Assembly: GCA_963790305.1 (NCBI GenBank)
Contig: CAWBOC010000003.1
Coordinates: forward strand, 1-64,000
DNA: 64,000 nt
Origin: an uncultured Gemmatimonadaceae bacterium
GTDB taxonomy: Bacteria > Gemmatimonadota > Gemmatimonadetes > Gemmatimonadales > Gemmatimonadaceae
Direction of reading: 5' to 3'
Below are positions 20,142-29,087 of the stretch, piece after piece (within the stretch, counting starts at the first letter, position 1; the number at the start of each line of letters is the position of its first letter). The position numbers and the translations under genes were made by a program. The notes under the pieces were generated by a model. That model ran no database searches. It saw nothing but the letters and a program-made list of their open reading frames with translations, and was not told the origin of the DNA.

Positions 20142-21013
20142 AGATTGCGGATTACGCGGGTGCCCCCCGGGCAGGGCGCATTGCGGGTGAGGACCACCGA
20201 CGTCAAGCGGGCGATGGCTCGCCTGCACAATCCGCAATCAGCAATCCGCAACTGCCTCACCCCGGGACCATCACCGCGACCGACTTCTCTTTCTGGTACG
20301 GAAAAAAGCAGGCGCTGAAGAGCGTGAGCCTGACGATGCCGGCGCGCTCGATCACCTCGCTCATCGGGCCCTCCGGATGCGGGAAATCGACCTTTTTGCG
20401 CTCGATCAATCGCCTCAATGAGCTGATTCCCGGCGTGCGCACCCAGGGCGAAGTCCAGATCGATGGTGAGAACATCTATGCGCCCGGAACCGACCTCGTC
20501 TCGTTGCGCCAGCGCGTGGGAATGGTCTTCCAGAGATGGAACCCGTTTCCCAAGTCGATCTACGACAATGTGGCCTACGGCCCGCGCATCAACGACGCAC
20601 CGCCGCGCAACGAGCTCGACGGCATCGTCGAGAGCTCGCTTCGACGCGCAGCGCTCTGGGACGAGGTGAAGGATCGGCTGCGCGAGAGCGCGCTGAGTTT
20701 ATCGGGAGGACAACAGCAGCGGCTGTGCATCGCGAGAGCCCTGGCCAACGAGCCACAGGGGCTGCTGCTCGATGAGCCGGCCAGCGCCCTCGACCCGAGC
20801 GCGACGCAGAAGATCGAGGAGCTCCTCTACGAGCTCAAGAACGAGTTGACGGTGGTGATCGTGACGCACAACCTGCAGCAGGCCGCTCGCGTCTCCGACC
20901 GAACCGCATTCTTCTACCTCGGTGAGCTCATCGAGACGGACGCGACCGACCGCATGTTCACGAGTCCGCGAGAAGAGCGGACCGAAGCATATATCACGGG
21001 GAGATTCGGATGA
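20138..21013 (+). CDS. pstB: Phosphate ABC transporter ATPase PstB, copy 2, with an N-terminal extension containing heptamer repeats
   Basis: Same Walker A, signature and Walker B motifs; ATGA overlap with pstB1. Confidence 0.93.
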   Translation: MKIADYAGAPRAGRIAGEDHRRQAGDGSPAQSAISNPQLPHPGTITATDFSFWYGKKQALKSVSLTMPARSITSLIGPSGCGKSTFLRSINRLNELIPGVRTQGEVQIDGENIYAPGTDLVSLRQRVGMVFQRWNPFPKSIYDNVAYGPRINDAPPRNELDGIVESSLRRAALWDEVKDRLRESALSLSGGQQQRLCIARALANEPQGLLLDEPASALDPSATQKIEELLYELKNELTVVIVTHNLQQAARVSDRTAFFYLGELIETDATDRMFTSPREERTEAYITGRFG

Positions 21014-21708
21014 GTCCCGACACAGGCTACCGCCACTTTCACGATCAGCTCGACGCGCTCAAGCAGCGACTGATCGACATGTCCGAGCACGCTGAGCGAC
21101 TCGTCGAGCTTTCGGTTCAGGCACTCCTCGAGCAGGATGCCGATAAGGCCCACGCGGTCATCGCTGGAGACCGCACGGTCGATGCGCTCGAGATCGAGGT
21201 CGAGCAGGCCGCGATCGCGCTGCTGGCGCTGCAGCAGCCGCTCGCGCGCGATCTGCGGTACATCATCGGGGCCATCAAGGTCTCGAGCGATCTCGAGCGC
21301 GTCGGCGATCACGGTGTGAACATTGCCGAATCAGCGCTGCGCCTCATTGAGATGAAGGCGAACATCACCCCGGACCCGGAAATTCAGGACATGGCCCGTC
21401 GCTCGCGCGACATGCTTCGCGATGCGCTCGACGCCTTCGTGCGTGCGGATGGGTCTCTCGGCCGCGCCGTGTGCCGGGCCGATGACGCCGTCGACTCGCT
21501 GCACGATTCGGTGTTCCGGATTCTCCTCACCCACATGATGGAGAGCCCGCCGCGAATCTCGGAGGCGCTCGAGCTTCTCCTGGTGAGCCGGAACCTCGAG
21601 CGTGTCGCCGATCTGGCGACGAACATCGGAGAAGACGCTGTGTACCTCGCGGAAGGCAAGCAAATCAAGCATCACTTCGAGGACCGGAGCACGACACCTG
21701 CCGCCTGA
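21010..21708 (+). CDS. phoU: Phosphate signalling regulator PhoU
   Basis: [16 protein letters not shown] and [14 protein letters not shown] motifs. Confidence 0.95.
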   Translation: MSPDTGYRHFHDQLDALKQRLIDMSEHAERLVELSVQALLEQDADKAHAVIAGDRTVDALEIEVEQAAIALLALQQPLARDLRYIIGAIKVSSDLERVGDHGVNIAESALRLIEMKANITPDPEIQDMARRSRDMLRDALDAFVRADGSLGRAVCRADDAVDSLHDSVFRILLTHMMESPPRISEALELLLVSRNLERVADLATNIGEDAVYLAEGKQIKHHFEDRSTTPAA

Positions 21709-23344
21709 CACCGCGACCAAGCCGGTTCACATCGCCGCCAAACCTGGCAGCAACGGCGGCGACGGCGAAGCGCGTACCGAGCGCGTCGCCGCGATCGACA
21801 TCGGATCGAACTCGGTGCGGCAGATTGTCGCCGACGTCGCGCCGGATGGCGGTATTCGCGTCGTGGACGAAATGCGCGCGCACCCGCGCCTGGGCGCGGG
21901 TCTGGACGAAGCGGGCGAGCTCACGGACGTGTCAATGCGCGCGGCCGCCGATGCGGTGAGCCATATGGTCACCCTGGCGCGGCAGCTCGGAGCCGCGCGC
22001 ATCGAAGCGGTGGCCACGAGTGCCGTCCGAGACGCCGCGAACGCGAGCGCTTTCCTCGACACGGTTCGCAAGGAAACAGGCATTCGCGTCCGCGTGCTCA
22101 CCGGTCAGGAGGAGGCGCTGCTCGGTTTTCGCAGCGCCCTGGCGCATTTCGATCTTGGGCGCGGGCGCGCGGCGGTGATGGACATCGGCGGCGGCTCCCT
22201 GGAGCTCGCCCTGTCGGTCGACGGCCTGCTCGAGCGTCTGGAATCCTTCCCTTTCGGGGCCCTGCGATTGACCGAGCGGTACCTCGGCGACCGCGTTCGG
22301 CGCGGCAGAGTGCGCAAGCTTCGCAAGCACGTTCGGGAGGAGCTCCGAACGAGGCTTCGCGCGCGCCACTGGCGTGGTGCACGCCTCATCGCCTCAGGGG
22401 GAACCTTTACCAGCCTCGCCGGGATGGTGCTCGCACGTCAGGAGATGAGCGTCGCGCAGAGCGTCCACGGTACCACCGTGCCGCGCAGCGAGCTCGAGCA
22501 CGTCCTGGAGGCACTGCAGGACATGTCGCTGGAAGAGCGGCGCGCCGTTCCCGGTCTGAGCGCGGCGCGCGCCGACATCATCATCGCCGGGCTGGCGGTG
22601 ACGGCGGAGGTGATGGCCCGCGTCGACGCACCCGAGCTGCTCGTCTCCGCGTACGGCATTCGCGAAGGGCTGCTGCTCGAGACGGCGCGCATCGCGCCCG
22701 CGGCCGCGAGCTCAGGCGACGCGCGTGCGCGCTCGGTGCAACGCCTCGCCGATGCCTGCCGGTTCGAGGAGCGCCATTCCCGACATGTCCAGCGACTGGC
22801 ACTTCAACTCTTCGACGCCATCGGACCGCGCCTCGGCGCGACGCCTGACGAGCGGGATCTGCTGTCGGACGCGGCGCTCCTGCATGACATCGGATACCAC
22901 ATCAGCTACGAGCGCCACCACAAGCATTCGTATTACCTGATCCTGCACGCTGAGCTACTCGGCATGTCCCCGGCCGATCAGGTCGTGGTCGCGAACGTTG
23001 CGCGCTATCATCGGGGAACTCTACCGAAGAAGAAGCATCGGAATTTCGGCGTGCTCGACAGGGAGTTTCGCGCCCGCATCAGGCGCCTCGCGGCAATCCT
23101 GCGCGTTGCTGACGGATTCGACCGCGGGCACATCGGCGCGGTGGAGCGCGTGAAGTGCCGCTGGATAGAGCGGGCCCTTCGCATCACGCCAGTGCCGACT
23201 TCGGCGGCACGATCGCTCCGCCTGGAGCTCTGGGGGGCCAGCCGAAAGAGCGAGCTGCTTGCGAAGGTCGCCGGAGTCCCGGTAGAGATCGTCGCGCCGG
23301 ATGGAAGTATCTCCAACTGGCGCGAGGGAGACGAGCCCGACTAG
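21698..23344 (+). CDS. ppx: Ppx/GppA exopolyphosphatase with HD domain (start uncertain)
   Basis: AAIDIGSNS, ATSAVRDA, DIGGGSLE, GGTFT, RADII, GIREG, LLHDIG, LRVADG. Confidence 0.9.
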   Translation: MPPDTATKPVHIAAKPGSNGGDGEARTERVAAIDIGSNSVRQIVADVAPDGGIRVVDEMRAHPRLGAGLDEAGELTDVSMRAAADAVSHMVTLARQLGAARIEAVATSAVRDAANASAFLDTVRKETGIRVRVLTGQEEALLGFRSALAHFDLGRGRAAVMDIGGGSLELALSVDGLLERLESFPFGALRLTERYLGDRVRRGRVRKLRKHVREELRTRLRARHWRGARLIASGGTFTSLAGMVLARQEMSVAQSVHGTTVPRSELEHVLEALQDMSLEERRAVPGLSAARADIIIAGLAVTAEVMARVDAPELLVSAYGIREGLLLETARIAPAAASSGDARARSVQRLADACRFEERHSRHVQRLALQLFDAIGPRLGATPDERDLLSDAALLHDIGYHISYERHHKHSYYLILHAELLGMSPADQVVVANVARYHRGTLPKKKHRNFGVLDREFRARIRRLAAILRVADGFDRGHIGAVERVKCRWIERALRITPVPTSAARSLRLELWGASRKSELLAKVAGVPVEIVAPDGSISNWREGDEPD

Positions 23345-25527
23345 AACGACGCGCCGGCCACGTCCTGTGGACGCGGGGTAGGCTCGACGCTGACGTCGAC
23401 GCGGGGCGAGGGTCGGGCCGTCTCGGGAAGCGGCAGCCCCCACGAGTCACTCATGAAGGTCGCGTGCGCACTGATCTCGGGTAGACCGTCCGCCGCTCGC
23501 TTCAGATACGAGCCATCGGGGCGAAGATCCCACGACTGCCGATTGTCGGCTAGCGACGTCTCGAGGAGACGCCGCATTCGGATGTGGAGCGCCGGATCCT
23601 CGATGGGCACCACCGCCTCGACCCGCCGATCGAAGTTGCGGGGCATCCAGTCGCTCGACCCGATGTAGCACTCGGGAGCGCCGTCGTTCTCGAACATCCA
23701 GGCGCGCGAATGCTCGAGAAAGCGACCGACAATGCTCGTCACCCGGATGCGATCGCTCACGCCAAGCACGCCGGGGCGCAGGCAGCAAATGCCGCGAACG
23801 ATGAGGTCGATGTCGACGCCGGCGCGGGACGCGCGATAGAGCTCGCGAATGATCTCCGGATCGACGAGCGCATTCATCTTCGCGATGATCCGCGCGGGTC
23901 GCCCCGCACGCGCATGCTCCGCTTCCCGTTCGATCAGCGTGATGAACCGCTCGCGCAGGTTCCCTGGCGCCACCAGAAGCTTGCGATACAGCCGTTGGCG
24001 TGAAAACCCGGTGAGGAAGTTGAAGAGGTCGCTGACATCCGCGCCGATCGACGGGCTGCTGGTAAGAAAGCCGAGATCGGTGTAGACGCGCGCGGTCCTC
24101 GTGTTGTAGTTCCCGGTGCCGAGGTGGACATACCGCCGAATACCGTCCGGCTCGCGGCGGACCACCAACGCGGTCTTGGCATGGGTCTTCAGCCGCACCA
24201 GGCCGTAGACGACGTGAACGCCAGCGCGCTCGAGCGTGCGCGCCCACGCGATGTTGTTCGCTTCGTCGAAGCGGGCCTTCAGCTCCATGACCACGACCAC
24301 CTGCTTACCGCGCTGCGCCGCCTCGACGAGGGCGCGCACGATCGCCGTGTCGCCCGACGTCCGGTACAGCGTGAGCTTGATCGCGAGCACATCGGGATCC
24401 TCGGCCGCCTCCTCGAGGAATCGCTCGACCGAGGTGGTGAACGAATCGTAGGGATGATGCACGAGCAGATCACGCTCGCGGACGGCGTCGAAGACGGGGC
24501 GGCCATCGTCGCGCAGGGCCGCCGGCGTCACCGACGCGCAGGGCGCATCGCGAAGCGTCGGGACATCGAGCTGCGAGAGCGCCAGCAGGTCGCCGAGCTC
24601 GAGAAGAGGACCCGTCTTCTGCACGTCACGCTCCGAGAGCATGCTCCCTTCCGGCGTGTCGTCACGAAGCTCCTCGAGCAGGAGCGCGCGCATCGTCTCG
24701 GGCATGCCCTCCTGCACCTCGATTCGGACGACCTCGCCGAAGCGGCGCTGGAAGACCTGCTCTTCAATGGTCGCCAGCAGGTCCTCTGGCTCTTCCGCGT
24801 CGGCGAGGTCGATGTCCGAGTAGCGATTGACGCGGAAAGCGAACCATTGAACGACTTCCATCCCGGGAAAGAGTGCACCGAGATTGGCGCCCACCAGCAA
24901 CTCGAGCGGGATGAAGTGTCCGGGACGTCCGAACGGCACCCATCGCGGCAGACTCTTCGGCACCTTTACGCGGGCGAAGTGCACCGTGCCGGTGGCCGCG
25001 TCGCGGATCTCGACCGCGAGCGACAGCGAGAGATTCGAGATGTACGGGAACGGGTGAGCGGGATCGACGGCGAGCGGCGTGAGAACCGGGAAGACCTGCG
25101 ACTCGAAGAATTGATCGACGACGGCCCACTCGGAGGGTGTGAGATCGCTCATCCCGACGAGGCGTACACCGTGCTCGGCGAGGCCTGGCAGTACGATGTC
25201 GTACAGACACGCCCGTTGACGCTCCAGCAGCGACTGCACGCGAACATCGATGGCATCGAGCTGTTCCTGCGGCGTCATCCCGTCGGGCGTTGTCTGGGTG
25301 ACGCCGGCAGCGACCTGCCGCCGCAGCCCCGCCACGCGCACCATGTAGAACTCATCGAGATTCGTGCTGACGATCGACAGGAACTTCAGCCGTTCGAGGA
25401 GCGGCGTTCTCGAGTCGAAAGCCTCGCTCAGCACGCGCTCGTTGAACGCGAGCCAGCTGAGCTCCCGGTTGAGCAGGAGCCGCGAATCGAGGAGCGCTTC
25501 GTCGGGGACGACGCTGGTGGCGATCAA
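23341..25527 (-). CDS. ppk1: Polyphosphate kinase 1
   Basis: NRELSWLAFNERV, NLDEFYMVRVA, HPFPYISNLS, HHPYDSF, ELKARFDE, GTGNYN, GRFLEHSR. Confidence 0.96.
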   Translation of the reverse strand: MIATSVVPDEALLDSRLLLNRELSWLAFNERVLSEAFDSRTPLLERLKFLSIVSTNLDEFYMVRVAGLRRQVAAGVTQTTPDGMTPQEQLDAIDVRVQSLLERQRACLYDIVLPGLAEHGVRLVGMSDLTPSEWAVVDQFFESQVFPVLTPLAVDPAHPFPYISNLSLSLAVEIRDAATGTVHFARVKVPKSLPRWVPFGRPGHFIPLELLVGANLGALFPGMEVVQWFAFRVNRYSDIDLADAEEPEDLLATIEEQVFQRRFGEVVRIEVQEGMPETMRALLLEELRDDTPEGSMLSERDVQKTGPLLELGDLLALSQLDVPTLRDAPCASVTPAALRDDGRPVFDAVRERDLLVHHPYDSFTTSVERFLEEAAEDPDVLAIKLTLYRTSGDTAIVRALVEAAQRGKQVVVVMELKARFDEANNIAWARTLERAGVHVVYGLVRLKTHAKTALVVRREPDGIRRYVHLGTGNYNTRTARVYTDLGFLTSSPSIGADVSDLFNFLTGFSRQRLYRKLLVAPGNLRERFITLIEREAEHARAGRPARIIAKMNALVDPEIIRELYRASRAGVDIDLIVRGICCLRPGVLGVSDRIRVTSIVGRFLEHSRAWMFENDGAPECYIGSSDWMPRNFDRRVEAVVPIEDPALHIRMRRLLETSLADNRQSWDLRPDGSYLKRAADGLPEISAHATFMSDSWGLPLPETARPSPRVDVSVEPTPRPQDVAGASF

Positions 25528-25590
25528 CGCTGGCGGGGAAAGGGGCCCCTGAATTTACGACGGCCTTCCGCCCCGCGCCCCTCCGAAATG

Positions 25591-25607
25591 GTCCCGACAG
25601 AGTAACG
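25591..25607 (-). promoter_or_regulatory. Possible Pho box upstream of ppk1
   Basis: Minus strand reads CGTTAC-N5-CGGGAC, 11-bp spacing. Confidence 0.3.
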
Positions 25608-25625
25608 CTTTCGAGGTTGACCCCC

Positions 25626-26660
25626 TCAGGGAAGGGCTAACCGCGTGAGGAGCAGAATGGCGAGAGCGCCGATGCCGGCCGCGGCGGGAATGGTCAGAAC
25701 CCACGCCCACACAATGCGTCCAGCGACGCCCCACCTGACGGCGGACAGCCGGTGCGTAGCGCCGACACCGACGATGGCGCCGGTGATCGTATGCGTGGTG
25801 CTGACAGGGATACCGAAATGCGTCGCGAAGAAGATGCTGATCGCCCCCGCGGTCTCAGCGCAGAACCCCCCCACCGGCCGCAGTTTCGTGATGCGACTGC
25901 CCATGGTGTGAACGATGCGCCACCCACCGAACAGCGTGCCTAACGCGATGGCCGTGTACGCACCCATCTCGATCCAGAAGGGGACCGTGTCCGTGTTTTG
26001 GAGGTAGAGATGCCTGCGCCACCCCGTCTGATTGGCGAAGTAGGCCTGCGCAGACACGAGTAGCCCAACGATGATGCCCATCGTCTTCTGTGCGTCGTTC
26101 GCCCCGTGCGATAGCGAAAAGAACGCCGCCGACAGGAGCTGAGCACGACGGAAAACACTGTCCACCTTGTGCGGAGAGGTGCGCTTGAACAGCCAGTACA
26201 CCGCGACCATCAGGAAATACCCGAGCAGCATCCCGATGAGCGGCGATAGCACGATGAACACGAGCGTCTTCGTCCACCCGGAGAGGATGATCGCCGCGAA
26301 GCCCGCCTTGGCGACCGCCGCGCCCGCGTACCCGCCGATGAGGGCGTGGGAGGAGCTCGAGGGCAGCCCGTAATACCAGGTAATGAGGTTCCAGATGATC
26401 GCGCCCAGCAGTCCTGCGAGGATCACGTTGGGATCGACGACGGCGATGTCGATCATCCCGCTCCCGAGCGTCTTCGCCACGGCTGTCCCGACCGTGAACG
26501 CCGCCATGAAATTGAAGAACGCGGCCCAGATGACGGCGGCGATCGGGCTGAGCACGCGCGTACCGACGACCGTCGCGATGGAATTCGCGGAGTCGTGGAA
26601 GCCATTGATGAAGTCGAAGACGAACGCGACCGCGACGATCGCGACGACGTACGTGACCAC
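25626..26660 (-). CDS. pit: Inorganic phosphate transporter, PiT family
   Basis: FINGFHDSANSIAT, PSSSSHALIGG, HGANDAQK and PVSTTH signatures. Confidence 0.94.
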   Translation of the reverse strand: MVTYVVAIVAVAFVFDFINGFHDSANSIATVVGTRVLSPIAAVIWAAFFNFMAAFTVGTAVAKTLGSGMIDIAVVDPNVILAGLLGAIIWNLITWYYGLPSSSSHALIGGYAGAAVAKAGFAAIILSGWTKTLVFIVLSPLIGMLLGYFLMVAVYWLFKRTSPHKVDSVFRRAQLLSAAFFSLSHGANDAQKTMGIIVGLLVSAQAYFANQTGWRRHLYLQNTDTVPFWIEMGAYTAIALGTLFGGWRIVHTMGSRITKLRPVGGFCAETAGAISIFFATHFGIPVSTTHTITGAIVGVGATHRLSAVRWGVAGRIVWAWVLTIPAAAGIGALAILLLTRLALP

Positions 26661-26662
26661 GT

Positions 26663-27277
26663 CTAGGCGTTCTTGAGCGAGATGCTCTCGAGGACGTTCG
26701 CCACATCCTCGCACTGATCGAGTGCGCGCTCGAGCGTGTCGTACAGCTCCTTCCACTTGATGATCTCGAGGGCATCGGGATTCGGACCGTCGAACAGGCC
26801 CCCGACCGCGAGGTGGTAGATCGCGTCCCCTTCCTCCTCGAGCGATTTGATCTCGCGTGCCTTCTCGATCACGAGACTGCTCTTTTTCATCCCGACGACC
26901 GCCTCCTCGATGCGAGTAGCGGCTCGCACGAGCACGGCGGCCAGCATCTGCGCCGGCTCGCGAGTCTCCTTGATCCGGAACATGGCCACACGCCGCGCGG
27001 TCCCGTCGAGCAGGTCGACGACATCATCCAGCCGCGACGCGAGCATGTGGATGTCCTCGCGGTCGAGCGGCGTGACGAACGTCTTGTCGATCCGCGCGAT
27101 GATGTCGTGCGTGAGCACGTCCGCCTCGTGCTCGATATCCTTGATGGCGCTCACGTGCTTGTGGAGGTTTTCCGGCTCCTTGAAGAGCTGGTGCGTGAGC
27201 TTCGCCGCTGTCGTCACGCGCTTGGCGATCTCGGCGAACATGGCGAAGAACTCCTGGTCACGCGGGATCAGTCGCAC
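26663..27277 (-). CDS. DUF47 / PhoU-like Pit accessory protein
   Basis: EHEAD, FVTPLDREDI, LEEEGD and WKELYD motifs; upstream of pit. Confidence 0.9.
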   Translation of the reverse strand: MRLIPRDQEFFAMFAEIAKRVTTAAKLTHQLFKEPENLHKHVSAIKDIEHEADVLTHDIIARIDKTFVTPLDREDIHMLASRLDDVVDLLDGTARRVAMFRIKETREPAQMLAAVLVRAATRIEEAVVGMKKSSLVIEKAREIKSLEEEGDAIYHLAVGGLFDGPNPDALEIIKWKELYDTLERALDQCEDVANVLESISLKNA

Positions 27278-27328
27278 GAAGCACTCCGGTCTGAGGATCC
27301 TTGGGGCGGGAAGATAGAGCCTCGGCGG

Positions 27329-27408
27329 CGAATACGGAATTCGGAAGTTGGCGTGGAGCTATCGGAGCGCATTTGATCGCAGGCTTCCGGATTCCGCTTT
27401 CCGCATTC
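27329..27408. repeat. Inverted heptamer array (GGAATNC type)
   Basis: cgaatac ggaattc ggaag ... cttcc ggattcc gctttcc gcattc. Confidence 0.6.
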
Positions 27409-28033
27409 AGGTAAAGAACGCCTCCCGTATCCCGGTCACAATGAACTGCACCGCCACCGCCGCGAGCATGAGCCCCATGATCCGCATGATCACGCGGATC
27501 CCCGTCTGCCCGAAGCGCGACATCACGCGGTCGCCGACGCGCAGCATGATCCACGAGATCAGGAGGGTTACCACGATCGACGCGTAGACGACGGCGGCGC
27601 GCGCTGGCGTGCGTGCCTGGCCGGAGAGCACCATCACCGTCGAGATGGCGCCCGGCCCGGCGAGCATAGGCATCGCCAGCGGCGTCAGCGCGACGTCGTC
27701 CTTTCGGATGCCCTCGTCGATCTCGGCTTCACTCTCCTGCGTGCGGCGCTCGCCCCGCAGCATGTCCATCGCCACCAGCCACAGAATGGCGCCGCCGGCG
27801 ATGCGAAAGGCAGGCAACGTGATGCCGAAGGCGCGGAAAATCAGGTTGCCGCCGGCCGCGAAGACGATGAGGAGAATTCCCGCCGCGATGCAGGCTCGCC
27901 GTGCGGTCGCCCGGCGACGCTCCATGCTCTCCCCCTCCGTGATCGCGAGAAACGTGGGGACGACCGCGATTGGGTCGACGAGAAACAGGATCGACGTGAA
28001 CGTGACGAGGGCGAACTGCGCGAAGTCGTTCAT
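27407..28033 (-). CDS. MarC-family membrane protein
   Basis: VDPIAVVP, FRIAGG, PLAMPMLAGPGAIS, RIMGLML. Confidence 0.92.
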   Translation of the reverse strand: MNDFAQFALVTFTSILFLVDPIAVVPTFLAITEGESMERRRATARRACIAAGILLIVFAAGGNLIFRAFGITLPAFRIAGGAILWLVAMDMLRGERRTQESEAEIDEGIRKDDVALTPLAMPMLAGPGAISTVMVLSGQARTPARAAVVYASIVVTLLISWIMLRVGDRVMSRFGQTGIRVIMRIMGLMLAAVAVQFIVTGIREAFFT

Positions 28034-28057
28034 GGACGCTTCGCGGCGCTCACGCCG

Positions 28058-28828
28058 TCAACGCCAGCGGGCCGTGAAGTTTCCGGCTGCGCGTGCGACG
28101 CGGTGTGCCTCCACGAGCTGCGGATCGCGGAAGACCATCACCAGCAACACGCCGGCAACGAAGCCGCCAATGTGCGCCCAGAAGGCTGTCCCGCTCGACA
28201 CCTCGGGATCGACCTCCATGAGCTGCGGCAGTGCGCTGATGACTTGCAGCACGAGCCACCAGATCAGCACGAGCCAGGCGCGCGCCCAGAAGATGAAAAT
28301 CGGCGGAAAGATCATGCGAACGTGCGCGCGAGGATAGAGAATCAGGTAGCCGCCCATGATTCCCGAGATCGCGCCCGACGCTCCCACCGTGGGGATGATC
28401 GACCGCGGCTCGACGAGTACGTGCGCGCCCGCGGCCGCCAGACCGCATAACAGATAAAATGCCGCGAACCGGCCGCGGCCCATGCTGTCTTCGACGTTAT
28501 TTCCGAAGACCCAGAAGAACACGAGATTGCCGATCAGGTGGCCCCACCCGCCGTGCAGAAACATCGACGTGATCGGCGTCAGCATGTTGATCGCCTGGTC
28601 GTCGACAATGCAGGCGACACCGGGCGCGATGGGGATGCCATCCCCAAGGCGCGCGAGCTTGGTGATCTCGCCAGGCACGAGCCCGAGATTGCACACGCTC
28701 GCCACCAGGCTCATCTGGTTGAACCCCGCTCCCTGGAGAAGAATCCAGGACGCCAGAATCAGCCCGACGATCACGTAGGTGACGATCGGAGTACGGAGCG
28801 TGGGATTGTCGTCGCCTATCGGAATCAC
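28058..28828 (-). CDS. Rhomboid-family intramembrane serine protease
   Basis: SMFLHGGWGHLIGN, GASGAISG catalytic serine motif, AHIGGF. Confidence 0.92.
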   Translation of the reverse strand: MIPIGDDNPTLRTPIVTYVIVGLILASWILLQGAGFNQMSLVASVCNLGLVPGEITKLARLGDGIPIAPGVACIVDDQAINMLTPITSMFLHGGWGHLIGNLVFFWVFGNNVEDSMGRGRFAAFYLLCGLAAAGAHVLVEPRSIIPTVGASGAISGIMGGYLILYPRAHVRMIFPPIFIFWARAWLVLIWWLVLQVISALPQLMEVDPEVSSGTAFWAHIGGFVAGVLLVMVFRDPQLVEAHRVARAAGNFTARWR

Positions 28829-29087
28829 GTCGCGATATCCCGGGTGAACCAGCGGTGTGCCGCGGCTGCCGCGGCTGAGCGCATCCGCCGAAGCGGCGAG
28901 GCGACCTCCCCCGTCCTCTCAATTCTCCTGCCAAACTGGCGCAAAGGCACGGTCCCTTGCTTGCGGGTACCGCAAGGCAACTTCGTGGCCGCGCAAAATA
29001 TACGCACGAACGGCCACGACGGCGCGAGCCTCGCGGTCTCGAAGTCTCCCGCGACTCGGGCCGCCTCGAACACGAAATGAGGTGACA

